A stretch of DNA of 64,000 bases from assembly GCA_028534125.1 (NCBI GenBank), contig CM052816.1, forward strand, positions 94,490,001 through 94,554,000, read 5' to 3'. How positions within the stretch are numbered: position 1 is the stretch's first letter; the number at the start of each line of letters is the position of its first letter. This DNA comes from Lama glama. Taxonomy: Eukaryota. A program made the position numbers and the translations under genes. The notes under the pieces were generated by a model that was not told where the DNA came from, made no database searches, and was given only the letters and a program-made list of their open reading frames with translations. Of the stretch, positions 24,401 to 37,414 are shown in pieces.

Positions 24401-26889
24401 GTAATAGAGAAAAAGTGAAAACTGAACGTATTTGATTTTTAAATGCTTTCATTATGAATGTTTTTTCTTTTTGTGATGGTTTTAACTGAAGTTTGAAAAC
24501 TGCAGGTTGAGTGGTATGTGTAGAAAACATGGATAGAATTGCTTGCCGGCCTCACGGTGATCAGTCAGTTTGTTCAGCGCGTTAATGTTGAAATTGTAAG
24601 AGCCAGATAACCGAATTTGTGCTGTTTCCCTGTCAACTAACCATTATAACTGCTTAATAATAGTTTTTAGTAGAACTTGGTGTGTCATAGCTACATACTT
24701 CAGATTTTATGAAAGTTATGATTATCCACGTAAATAGCCATTTATAATTAAGTGAGAATTATCTAGTAATTAAAACTTGATTTGGAAATTGTGGGTCTTT
24801 TTTGTTCCTCTCCAGTATGATTAAATGAATAACCTCACCCAGGAAAAAAAATTATACGTCAGAGTGTAAAGGCATAAAAATCGCCCAACCAGTGTCACTA
24901 TACAAAGTAACTGTAAAAATTCAATATATTGGACACCTAACTTGTTGCATTACATCTGTCTTTCTTATAGAGATAATTTAGTTCTCAGTGGTGGGCTTTA
25001 TGTTAAAATTAGAATGCAATAATTGCATGTTTTGCTCATTCTAAATTGTGCAGGTGTAAATGGGACACAGATATTCCATAATTATAGAAAACCTTTACCA
25101 GATAACTGTTTGCAGATTGCTTTTGTTCAGATAACTCATTGAGAGAATCACTGGCCAAAATTTACAATGACTTCATAGATTTCACCTGTGTCACTGCTCG
25201 ACTTAAAATATTTTGATACTCAAGAGATTAAAGAAACAAATTGATTTTAGAATGCTGGTAATTTAACAAGATGACAGTCTATGGGAATTGTATATTAGAT
25301 TTCTGTATATCTGTAGGACAGGTGTGCATTGTAGAATTGTGAGTATAGTAAAATGGAATGCTTTAGAAAGTCTTTAGGTTTTTATCTCTAAAGTTGAGTG
25401 TTTTCAAATGGATAATAATAGCAACAGAGAATGACTTTCCACTATGAAAATCACAAATTAACATTTTACGTGATTAGTATTATTTGAAATTTGAATGATT
25501 TTGTAACTCAGATACTAAGTACAAATAATGACCATGTTAACATGAATTGACTTATTTTTATCAGAAACATACTGTCACATGTTGTAGAATGTTAATTGCC
25601 TAGCATGGATAAATTTTATTTTAAAGAAGCTAACAAAAGATGGCTTGCATATACTCTGGTGGGGGGTACCTCTTAAGAAATGTTTTATTTCCATTAATTG
25701 AAGTTTTAAAAGTTTATGTAAGTAATATTATGGCGAAGAAATCTTTTCATTTTTAAGGAATGGAAGTAAACCTCAGTGGTGTAGATTAAAGATGGTAATT
25801 TAAGAAGACTTTGACCTTTGAAAGTATTTTCCACAGATTGACTTATTTAATAATACTGCCTAAATATAAAGGTAAACAAGTATTAAGCTTCACTTTAGGA
25901 ATATAGTGTCTAGGCAACCACTTTGTGTAACATCAAGGTAATGGGTCCAAGTGACAGTGAGCCTTTAAACTATAGGGCATTGTGTATGCATGTTATCCAA
26001 ATAGTTTTTTAAAAAATAAAAGTTAACTGACATGTATAGATGCTCTTTACCCATATTGCCAAGTATAAATATTTTTTATGGGAAGGGTATTTAAACTGTT
26101 TTTAAGTTTAAATTATTTTTAAGTAACTTATTTTTTAAATCCAGAATTTATATCATGTAGCTGTATCTGTAAACATACTAAATAGATCCTTTAGGTGACA
26201 TTCTAAAACATAAGCAGAGAGTCAAACCAGATATGAATTAAAAGAAATACACACTCTGAGGATTTCTAAAGGCGAAGTGGCAAAATCCTTTCTGGGCTAT
26301 TTCACTCTTAAGTTTTATGCGCACAATTAAGAAAACTAGTTTCAGTTGTTTTAGAAACCATATTTACCCAGGGAATTCCAGATTTGGTCCAGCTCAGCTG
26401 ATTATATTGTCAAGTTGTAGAACTTCAATTAAAAAACCAATAGTTCTGATTGGAATGGTTTTGGAACAAAGATTTTTGTTTGTGTTTCTACAAGTAGCTT
26501 ATTAACATGTGAATTCTGATTTAGAGCTCTGCTTTATAGCTTGTTTATAATTCTTGTATTTTGCAATACCTTATATTCACCAAATCTTTGTTGAGTCCCT
26601 CCAATGTGGTAACATTGCATGAGGTGCCAGGTACAAAACTGGAAAGAGATATTTTCAAGGTTTCAAGAACTAAAAAATCTGGTGAAGATGCCCACATGAG
26701 CACTAGTAACTGTAATGCAGTCAAATAATTGTGCTAAAGGAGGCGTGGCCAAAGAGAGCAGGAAACAGCAATGAAGTTTATGCAGTATATTCAAATATGT
26801 TTATTTGACCCTCCCAACCCGGGATGGAAAAAAGTTAAATTATTGTACGAAATTCCTGTTACTGAGTGACTTATAAAGATTATTTCCAT

Positions 26890-27462
26890 GTAGTTGCCAG
26901 AGAAATCCTACGAAAGTGTAAATCCTACCGTGTGACTACTGTATGTAGAGTAGAAGTCAAAGGGCCAACAGGCCCCTGCGCGATCTGCTGCCTGCCAGCC
27001 CAGTCTCTCCCACGTCTCCTGCATCTTCCTCTTGCTCACTTGGCTCCAGCATAGAAAACTTCTTGCTTCTCCAGGAACGTACTCCCAACACAAGGCTTTT
27101 GCATTTGCCATTGACTTCTGCTTAACACAGTGAAACAGCCCCCTCCGCCCCAAATCCAGCCCAGACAGACACATGCCCTGCTCCTTCAGCTCTTTAGATC
27201 TTTGCTCTGATGTCGCCTTGTCAATGAGTTCGTTTCTGATAACTCTACTTAAATGGCCCCCCATCTTTTCCTGCCCTGTTATCCTCCATTGCCTTTACAA
27301 AAGATAGTGCCCTGTGCCATCCATTTGTCCATTTTGCTCAATGTTCATTTTCTCCACTAGAACATCACCTCCACAAGGGCAGGGCTTTTGGTCTGATTTT
27401 TGCCTTGATGCCTTCTCAGCATCTGGACCCATGCCTGCCTTACTTACTGAATGAACAAATGA
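26890..27462 (+). mobile_element. LINE-2 (L2a-like) 3' portion
   Basis: cttgctcacttggctccagc...ggcttttgcatttgcc...ccactagaacatcacctccacaagggcagggctttt...tgaatgaacaaatgaa. Confidence 0.8.
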
Positions 27463-27473
27463 AGATCTGAATA

Positions 27474-27827
27474 CAGTTGGCTTTTTTATATTGGTGAGTC
27501 CTGCATCCATAGTTCAACCAACTGCAGATCGAAATACTTGGGGGGAAAAAATTCCAGAACGTTCAAAAAAGCAAAATGAATTTGGTGTGCCCTGGCAACT
27601 ATTTACTGAGTATTTACATTGTTTTTTTTTTTACAGCTATTTACATAGCATTTGCATTGTATAAGGTATTACAAGTAATCTAGAGATGACTGAATGTATA
27701 TGGGAGGATATGCATAGGTTATATGTGAACACTACAGCATCTAATACAAGGGACTTGAGCATCTGTGGATTTTGGTATTCCCTGAGTATCCTGGAACAAA
27801 TTCCTCAAGGATACTGAGGGATGACAC
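27474..27827 (-). mobile_element. MER2/MER2B (TcMar-Tigger) non-autonomous DNA transposon
   Basis: TA|cagttggc terminus; aagtaatctagagatga, gggacttgagcatctgtggattttggtat and ggatactgagggatgac match the recalled MER2 consensus in reverse. Confidence 0.88.
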
Positions 27828-29959
27828 CAAATATATAGTATTCTACTTTGTGGTTGTTGTTTCAGATTTTTAAAAATAGAGATCATTGAAAGTTACCACT
27901 TGAAACCCATTATTCTAGCTTGAATGCAAGAGAAAGTGGTCAAATACAAGCAGAAGATTCCTCATGGCTTATGCACCAGCACTCCTAGCCCAGACTCCTG
28001 TGTTGTCACAGAGTAGGAGGGGGAGTGTCCCTTCTGTGGCGTGGTCTGTGACATCAGATGGACTCTTTGGTAAGAACACCCAGCTTCTTCTCCCTTCTTC
28101 CCACCCTCTAGCTGTGGAAACTTGACCAGTGCCTTCAGCTTCCATAGTCATCAGCTGCTTCCACTGTAAAAGGTGTGGCCGTCACTAACATTCCAGCTCT
28201 CCCTAAGATTCTGTGATTTATCTGCATGGTCTCCACAGTATTCTTTATAAGAAACACACAAAGAAGCATATACAGTCTCTAAAATGTTAAATCATATATT
28301 TCTTCATGTTTCTAATGTCCATTATCCTGAGCAAGAGATTCAATGGGCTGGATTATTCATGTGATCATATTCAGTTAGCAGCTCTGTTGAACAAAATGCT
28401 ACTCAAAAAACAAAATACATTCTTAGGGTCCTAAGAATTACTAGTCAATATTCATCATATTCATAGCAGTATCTTGTATAGTGTGGCTGTATCTAATGCT
28501 GGCTTACCTGGAAAGCATAATGACATTGGATGTATTTTATTTGTGGATCAAATCACCTACATTTGTTTCATCAAGTTCATCCTACATTTGACAAGTTTAA
28601 GCTCCGCACTTGTGTTTTTAAAAATAAACTCTGCAAACTCTAGGAATTTAACAGACACTACAGAGCGGCTAACTTTATAGTGATCTTCTCTAATGTATTT
28701 TTCAGAGCTGTGAGGATCACTTCCTCTAGGAGTAAAACTGTTGAGTTAGACTGTGGCTTCCAAAGGTACCAGCTCACTTTTGAAGAAAAGCCAATTTTAA
28801 GTGTTGGTCAAGTGTCTGATTGTTTCAGTATAAGACAAACAGGTTATTAGAACCTTTCTGTATCCCATAAGCCTCAGCTGCTGTTTGCATGTCGAGTGTA
28901 GTATCTGAATAGGTTTTCCTCCAATGAGAACACAGAATGAGATAATTGCATAGCCTCCACATTGTTCACATGTGCCCTCTTCAGTTCATTTCAAGCCCTC
29001 CTGCTCCTCTGAACCAATTTCTGATTGTTTTCATTGGCGTTAAGCAAGTTTCTGCAGGAGATACTTATATTCAGTGTTGAAATGTTAAAAGTAATTAAAT
29101 TTAGGTGCCAGGGTTGGGGATTAATTGCACCTACATGATCACAGAGCACTTCTGCCAAAAAATAGAAACCATCAATACAGAGGGGCGGATGAAAAGACTT
29201 ATAGAGGGGAACTTGGAGTGCACTGGGGGCTATGTCTGCGTCATCCCAGGCCCCTGGTGGTTGGGCCATTTGGCCGTGATGCTCCCCCGCGGTTTGCAGC
29301 ACAGGTAGCTGCGTAGTGGCCCAGACCTGCCTTGGACCTGATGCTGTTTGCAGGCTGTCGTATATTTGGCAAATGTTGTACATGGATATTTGTCAAATAG
29401 CGTTCATTTCCCATGCAGGGACTTATTCTCTCAGCATGTTTGGGTTTGTTCACGTAAAAACTGATGAACTTGACCCTTTTATTTTGTTATTGCTCTGAAA
29501 GAATCATTGATACACCTATTGAGCTCATCCAGGGCTCTTGATTCCGTGTTTACTTCCAGGATCTCACTAAGTCCCCGCAAAGGCCTTATATGTTAGATCA
29601 TATCCCTGAGCTGTGGATCAGAAACATTAAAGCTTCGTTACGTGGCGTGTCACAGAGATAAATTAGTGCGAAGTTTAGAATCCATGTCTGCTGAACTCTG
29701 CAGCTCACTCTCAGCCTTCTAGCCAACAGTGCTGCTCAGTTTAATCATCTCACTTAGATTCTGGAAAATCTTCATTGATTTTTGCCTCTTCATAGATATC
29801 CAGCCCCTGCCTCCCCGCCCACTGCATAATTCTCCCTTTGTTTTTCGTTACTAGTTCCCTCCTGCCTGCCTGCTTCACTCTGTTTCACTCGCCCAGTCAG
29901 CATATTCCTGTTTGAAATCCTGCTGGGCCTGGAGCTCTGGGGCTGGTGATGAGGTGCTG

Positions 29960-30108
29960 CCGGACACCCTCCCACATCAGAATCGGCTGGAGCAACTATC
30001 ATAAAGGCGGCTTCCTGACTCAGCATCTCAGAGGCTGGCCTTGGACATCTGCATTTTTCATAGATTCCCTAGAAAACTGCTAGACCCAGGAGCTTTTGAG
30101 AACTACCT
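29960..30108. mobile_element. MER5-like hAT-Charlie element
   Basis: cacatcagaatc...ctggag; catctgcatttttcatagattccc; tttgagaactac end motif. Confidence 0.55.
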
Positions 30109-31659
30109 GTCTGATTTCACAGATAGGCAGAAACTGGCTGTATGGGAGGTGGAGGGACAAGTTCAAGGGCGGTCTGAGAGTTCTCTGCAGAGATTTGGGG
30201 GCAGGATAGAGATTGGAACAGTCCTATCTGCCACCTTGGAGATGCATGCAAGTGACAGATTCAAGGCGATATGAGATTGGCAGGGTCATCAGCATGTGAT
30301 TAATCCAAATCTTGTCTCTTTCCAGGCCCACTGTCTGCCAGGCTGTATTGGTGCATGCATGTGTGAAATAAAGAGGGAGACAGACAGACAGAAGGGAAAG
30401 TTCTGTTCACGTGGATACCAGCTGGGCTGCTCAGAGCTAAGAAGGTGGATGCTAGACATGTGGTCAAGGCCTGATCTTAGAATGTTGTCCCCATTTCTCA
30501 GTCTGTTTCATGATAATTGTGTTGTTTGTTTTATTGTGCAGCCTTGTGTATCATTTTCATTCGTTTCAATAGGTCTGCAGAAGCCAAAGCATCTCATAAG
30601 GATGACTTAAGCTGAATGGCATAGCACAGTTGTTATTACAACCCTATTTACTGAGTTCTGGTACTTGCCAGTCCCTCTTCTAAAAGTTTGGAATAAAGAG
30701 AGGCGAAGCCACTGCCTTCATGGAGCTGTCATGCTAGTGGGGGCCAGAAGATGAGTCAGTGGCTATTATTATTATCACCCCTCCGCTTCCTTTCCAAAGC
30801 ACCACGATCTAGGAAGAGAGTATGTTACAGTGACACAAAGGCTACGTCCATCCTAATGAGTTTATCACTATCAGTTTCTGTAAGACCTTACTCTTAACTT
30901 CCACTTTTAAAAGGAAGCCAGGGCAAGTTTTTTTTTTTTTAAATCATCTTTGTTTGCAGGGATCATTGATGTATTGGGACAACTTTGAGACTATGCTTTC
31001 ATTGGAGACAAAATTCATGGTAAATTTAATCAGGTGTGAAGTAGGCTGCTTGGCTGTGATGTATTAGGAAAACCACGGGGCTGGAGGAAAACCAGAGTCT
31101 TTGTTTCCTCTGTAGGCCCCAGTGTATTCCAGTTGTTGGATTTTAAGAAAACACGGACATACTTAGGGCCTAACTTTCTTTCCATGAGAACAGTGACATT
31201 CTTCTCGTGGTCAGGAGCAAGGTGATGGTGTTTATAAAGTACATGATAATTTCCTCTTCTAGCTGTGCAGGAACATTTTACTGGACCAAGGTTACAAGTG
31301 GATGTTCCCCTGCTGTAAACCTTGATTTAGTTTTTGGCAACGTGTTACTCATCTTAGAACAATGTGGATGTTCACAACTTTCAAAGGCACAATTCTAAAG
31401 GGGTTTAAAGTTAGAAGAAGACTCTGCTCACTGAGGAGTGAGCAGGTGTTCAGAAAGTTCACAGCTGGTGTCATCCACTGGGCCTAATGCTGTCCCCTCA
31501 CATCAGTCAGTGGAAGGGTGGGGCCAAAAGATGTAGTTAAGTGGCTATCTCCTCCAATTCCTTTTGTTTCTTTTCTTTCTTTTTTTTATTGTTTTTGGCT
31601 TTTGGTTTGTTTGTTTACTTCCTTATTGGGGTAATATATTTGGAGAAAGAGCAATGGAG

Positions 31660-31815
31660 CGAAATCAGGTCTAGCTCTGGTATTAACCTTATTTCATTTC
31701 ATTTTCTTCTCCCAGTATGTCCCCAAAGGGCTCTGAGTCTCTCAGTCTAGTCACTTAATTCCTCTGCACCACAGATTCTGTACCTGCAAAATTAAAGGCT
31801 TCCATTCTGTGATCT
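31660..31815 (+). mobile_element. MIR/MIR3 fragment
   Basis: agtcacttaattcctctgcaccacagattctgtacctgcaaaat...ttccattctgtgat. Confidence 0.45.
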
Positions 31816-31912
31816 CTTCCAAATGAATAGGATTTTCTTGTCTCCTGGGCAGGGCCTTCCCAGTGTTGAGTCATCACCATTTAGCTGTGGAGCAGAACAG
31901 ATTGGCTAAGGT

Positions 31913-32478
31913 TGTTACCAAACTCAGGTTTGGCTGCTCGCCGCTCAAAAGCCAATACTCGTGAGAGGCAAGAGTTGGGAGGAAAGGAAAGATTGCTTTA
32001 CTTATGAGTCTGGCAACCTGGGGAGAAGGCAGACTCGTGTCTGAAAACCAGCTCTGAAGATTCTGCTTGATTGTTAAAGATTTTAAAGGGAAAAGGGGAA
32101 GCTGGTCACAGTTAATCATTTGGGGAAGAGGTCAAAGTCTTCATCATCTTTCACTGTGTGCAGACTTGCTGACTCCTTGTGATCTTTCTTTAGATGCTGT
32201 TTTGTTCACACAGTTTGCTCATAGGATTATTGAAGGGGAAGCTGCAGAAAAGATCTGGTTATCTGTTAATTACTTACTCTTAATTTCTCCTTTAACCTAA
32301 GAATCAACATGTTAGGCAAGGCATTGTGTGATCAAAAGATTTGAAAGGTGTGCTTGGGCCTGAGGTTAGTTAAACACGCGGGCACCTGGTGTAAAGGTTA
32401 GTTAAAATATAGCTTTGCTAAATTAACAAGACAAAGGGCCTCCTGCAAAGGGCTGCTTCCTGCAAAGAGCTGCTCACA
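31913..32478 (-). mobile_element. Solo ERV1-class LTR (~566 bp)
   Basis: TG...CA termini (tgttaccaaactcaggtttggctgctcgccgctc...agctgctcaca). Flanking 4-mers aggt / gggt fit a 4-bp TSD with one mismatch. Confidence 0.85.
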
Positions 32479-33289
32479 GGGTCAGGTCTTACCTGGGTCC
32501 CCAGCCCAGCCTGTGTGCATCTGTCACCCAAAGGTCTGCAGCCTTTGTCAGTTTCACTCCTCAAACAGTAAACGTTTTTTGAGCAAGAACATCCATTAGG
32601 TGCTTTTTTATTTGTGCATGATGCGAATGTTCAACTGTCTCGAAACTTATATGTCAGAAAATACAAAAATGTCATTTTAAAAATCACAGTAATTTAAAAT
32701 GTAGTTCAAACCTTTGCTTCCCCTACCCCGGTGGATTATCTTGTGCACCCCGCTTTAGACACAGTTGTTGCCACATCTGAGCTACACAGCTCAGCAGTGT
32801 TTGGAAGTTAATGATCAAATTTGAATTCAAAGCCTGAGATATGAGAAATAAGTATATTTATAAAGCTCAGCCATCTCTCTTGCTAAGACCCTCTGGCGTG
32901 ATTATAACCAGATTTGGGGGTGACTGATGAAGACTGTCATACAGTTGTGAATGATTATTCATCATTTGCGAACAAGTGCATGATAAGCAGCAGACGTTCT
33001 GCAGATGGGGAGGTGGACAGTAAGACAGCGTGCAGATCACGGTCCCCTCCATCTAGGGACTAGAGAGCAACCCAAGACCTGTGCTGAGCTTTGTGTACTG
33101 ATGACATGTATTAGACATGTGTTTATATATCCCTTTGGACACACTGTTGAGTAGAAACTTCATAAAAAGTCTGCAGTGGAGAAACACTGACCTTTCTATT
33201 CAAAACTTTAATCACAGAATTAAGCCAATGTCTTCAAAGCAAGTTTATAGAATTTGAAGATTATAAAGGCTAAGAAAATGTAAATACAT

Positions 33290-34080
33290 TTGATACAGAA
33301 TTAGATTTCAAGAAGAACCTAAAATGCTGGGGGAAAAAAAAGGAGATTAAAAACAAAAAGTTGAAAACTTGGATATATGTCCAGCCCTGTCCACAGGTAC
33401 AAAGATATCAAACGCAGAGGCACATCGTGTATGGAAACCTAACTCGGCAGCAATTTTGGATAAAGAACTAGAGGTTTAGTTGAATTCAAATTTCATACAA
33501 GGCAACTATTTCACAAGATTAAGAAAGCTAACGTAATGTTAGGTTACATTAATGGAAGTTCAGTTTCAGTGCTGCAAGGCAGTGACACTTAAGTGCTTGA
33601 CACTTTTCAGAGTGTATTTGGAATACTACGTGCAATGTTGGATATTACGAATTAAGGGTAGAGGGGATCTACTAACAAGAGAAACAGTATTCAGAGCTGT
33701 GGCCAGAATGATGAAACTTGCAAGAACAATGATGAGAATTCTGAACGGCCCCCTTATTTAAATCACAGAAGAGAAGGTGTGGTTTTCAAACATTGGCCGG
33801 TCTATCGTGTCAATGAAAAAGTCAGTGTCGTGCTTTGGTGAATCAGCGGACAGAACTAGAACAGAAGTCAGGGTCAGAATCAATTATTAGATTTTTACAG
33901 GAAGGCATAGTGTGATTTTGACACCCAGAGCTGTCCTTCAGTGGAGTGGTGTGCATCTGAGTTTGAGCTGTCGTCCCCGGTAGCTAAATTTCAGGCAGTG
34001 ACTGTCTGAGAGGCTGAGTCTTTAAGAAGGATGGATGATGAACTGAATGACCTTCTAGATCCCCTCCATCTAAGACGTTT
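33290..34080 (+). mobile_element. CR1/L3 LINE 3' portion
   Basis: CR1-type motifs aagaaagctaacgtaatgttaggttacattaatggaag, tttggaatactacgtgcaatgttgg, gagctgtccttcagtggagtgg and end motif atgaccttctagatcccctcc. Confidence 0.75.
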
Positions 34081-35582
34081 TAAGACGTTATATCTAGGTC
34101 AATTAGAACTAGATGCAGTTTGGGTGTGGAAAGATCTAGAAAGCCCACACTGATATTTGCAATACCCACTTTTCAACATGCTAAGGTTTCTGGAGGCAGA
34201 AGGAAGGACATAAATGTTGAAAACATTGCCCAAGTGATTCATGTACACCCACTGTTTAAGACAGACTAAGAATAGGGAAGTTCTATTATTTATGTAAGTA
34301 TTTATTCATCCTATACGTAAAACTCTTTGAAGATACCTTGAACTGTATATAAAATGTCTGTTCCCTTAACTTAGCCACTAGTTAACCATGGGTAACCTAT
34401 TCCTCTGTTTCCTCAGCTGTAAAACAGAAACAATAATTATTATAATAGTGATAGTATTATATTATTATTCCCTGAATCTCTAAAGGGCATTCATTCCACT
34501 ATACGAAGAGGAGAAGGACATTGCTTTTACAGGGAAAACAATGACCTAAATTAATTAAAATAGCTAGGTTCTCCATGCTGAGTTGAGTAGGATATGATTT
34601 AAATCGTTTTGCTTAACTAAATATGCATTTTACAGGATTTATAGCTTCATGTGTCTTGTTGCCTACTTAGTTTACGACTAGACAATGACTTTCCCCACTT
34701 GACTGGCAAGGGGAAATGGCTGGGGAGGAGGCTGGCCCACCGTGTGCGAGACGGCGGCGGCATCACGAGCGGCCTGCTGCCCGGTTCGGGGGCCGAGGCG
34801 GCCAACGTGGATCAGCTCTGCCCTCCATCCCGTAAAAACTGCCGTTGCTGGAAATTACAGTCCCTCATTTCAGGGGACAAGGGGATCATTTGGCTGTTCC
34901 CAAAAAGGCATAAACAAAATATTGGCTAAGCACAGACAGATGTTAAGGTTATACTCTGTACATGAATTCATGTACTTGAATTCACTTTAATGGAGAGGAG
35001 CTTATGGTGTAAGATCTTGCAGCTCATTATAACTAAGTTGTTATGGGCTGCTAATTTGCTGGAAGCTGCTGTATCATGAGCCAGCCCAACTGCCTTGATG
35101 GGTCTCCCGGTAGTTAATATGGATTAAATGTGAATCTTTTACTTTTTCCCCTGTGGTCTCACGTAATGATATTAGCCTGTCTACAGTGTGACAAATTCAG
35201 TGTACCACGAGCATCTGGTACACTCCTCTTTATGACTGAAAATAAGCCTGCAAACTTGCTAATGCACATCCATTAAGACACTTCCCCATATTGGGGAGAT
35301 GTGGAAGGATGACGACTATGGAAAAAATGCATCGGTCACAGCTCGTCTTGCTTCAGCAGTGGTGTATAAACTATCCCAACAGTGGTACATCCATCAGCAC
35401 TACATTCCTACAAGTTCTTGTCTGAGGTTCAGGGTGCGAATGTGGGCATATTCCTTGTTAGAGTATACTTGGTTCATTCGCAGTGGAGAAATTTCCAAAA
35501 GGAAAAATAAATAAGAGGAAAAGAAACTTAGACTTTCACAGCTTGAAGACAGGGTTAAGTTCAGGCTTTTGAAGTTGACTTA

Positions 35583-35743
35583 AGAAAGGATCACAGTGAA
35601 ATGTTCAAGTCATAAAGCTGCTCTAGTAAAGAGGGTTTTTTTGTTAATCAGCTGTGTAGTGTGTGGTAAGGAGTGAAAAGTTGGATCAGATCTGATTGTT
35701 GCATTTGTATTTAAACAAGTTACTATAAGAATGTTCATGTTTT
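35583..35743 (+). repeat. Diverged direct repeat, copy 1 (copy 2 at 37063-37221)
   Basis: Shares exact blocks tgaaatgttcaagtcat (17 bp) and catttgtatttaaacaagtta (21 bp) with copy 2 and is colinear between them. Confidence 0.85.
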
Positions 35744-37062
35744 GAGCATATCACTACCAGAGCAGTGGGGAAGTAATATTTCACAGGTGAAGCAGAAGAG
35801 CTGATAGGTATTTGCATATTACATACCTTGTCAAGAATCAGAAAGGCCATCGGGCTGGCTGTCACTGTGTCAGTGTCTCTGCTGTTCCACTGACTGGGTA
35901 ATGTTGAATTACTCACTTAGCCATTCTGATGGCCAGCCCCTCCTTTTTACATAAATGGATTATATTTCATATCCTTAATCATTCACTGGGTCATTTCAAG
36001 ATAAAATAATTAGAGTAACAGTACAACTGTTATTATACAAATAGTACAACCATTTTACTACTGTATCAGGGTACAATTATAATAATAACTCCCTCTTACG
36101 TGATGTCTGCCCTGTGGTCACCTCGGGCTCCTTAATCAGCAGGCGATGTGACAGTAGCAATTAAAAACCACTCTGGAGGCAACGAGGAACAGGCGCTCTG
36201 AAAGATACACACACACAAAATCACTGGAAAGAAAATGTCAACAGTATAAATGAAGCAAAGAGAAATGAGACTGTTTCTCTGGGTGGAGGAGCCAATAGCC
36301 GTCTGTGTCCACAACCCCAGAGGACCTTCCTGTGTCCACCTAATTATGAAAAAGCTCTGCAGCTGACAGGGACATTGAGGGGCAGGCCAACAAACATCCT
36401 TGCAGTGCAATATCCTTATAATGCAGTACAGGGTCTGTCTTAACACTGTTTACCTTCCGATGTAAAACAAGCAAACAAACAAAAGCAAAAAAACAAAGTT
36501 AAGTTTCATTAATTATTTTCTTATCGATGAAACAGATGAGCTCAGGAAAATTTCAAAGGGTTTTTTACATGGAGCTTGGAGATAAATGAGATGGTGCCTC
36601 ACACTTAATAAATAGTAAACATCAGGATCATTGCTTCATACAACTTTTTGCCTAAGTCAAAACTTTCAAGCTAATTTGCGTGATATTCAGTCTAGCCCTA
36701 CATGCCAGTCTAATTGAATTCATCACTCCCTGAAACACACAGGCACATATTTAATGTTTGCCTGTTTCTGTGCCTGATTCATGCTGTTCCATCTGTAAGG
36801 CTTTTCCTCTAGCCCTTCACATGGTCAGGTAGTCATCTCCCACTGTCCATCTCAGATGCCACCTTCTAAGCCTGGGCTGTTGTCCTGGGTTTCTTCATTC
36901 TTCCTGCCCCTTCCATCTCCCTAGGTGGAGGTTGTCTCTGAAATTCATTTGCATCTCTCTCACTGCAACCTGGTATTTTATTTTGTACTCTAGTTAGTGC
37001 TGTAGTTTCAGAGAGTTGAAAAAGATGTCACTCTTCCTAGACAAACCAGCAGGATCTGTATT

Positions 37063-37221
37063 AGAAAGGACCACAATGAAATGTTCAAGTCATGAAGCTA
37101 CTTTAGTATAAGGAGGAATTTTTTTAATCAACTGCACAGTATGAAAAGAAATGAAAAATAGTACCGACTCACTTGTTCCATTTGTATTTAAACAAGTTAA
37201 TAGAAGAGTGTTCTTGGTTTT
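37063..37221 (+). repeat. Diverged direct repeat, copy 2
   Basis: Offset ~1480 bp from copy 1; exact blocks at 37077-37093 and 37179-37199. Confidence 0.85.
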
Positions 37222-37234
37222 AATGTTGTAGTTA

Positions 37235-37414
37235 GCACCATCTTGAATGATGCCTTCCTGCACTGGTGAGAGTGGTCCTCTATACTTCGTCTTCTGTTTC
37301 AAATGCCAAACTCTCCCAGAAACATCCTCAGAGACACACCAAGAAATCATGTTTTACCAGCCGTCTGGGCATCCTTTAGCCAGGTCAAGTTGACACACGA
37401 AATTAACCGTCACA
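37235..37414 (-). mobile_element. MLT2 (ERVL) LTR fragment, 5' end
   Basis: ccagaaacatcctcagagacacaccaagaaatcatgttttaccagccgtctgggcatcctttagccaggtcaagttgacacacgaaattaaccgtcaca is the reverse of the MLT2 start. Confidence 0.85.

Noticed and set aside
28991..29498. Cluster of overlapping ORFs, possibly a pseudogene
   Set aside because: No recognisable domain, poly(A) or TSD.
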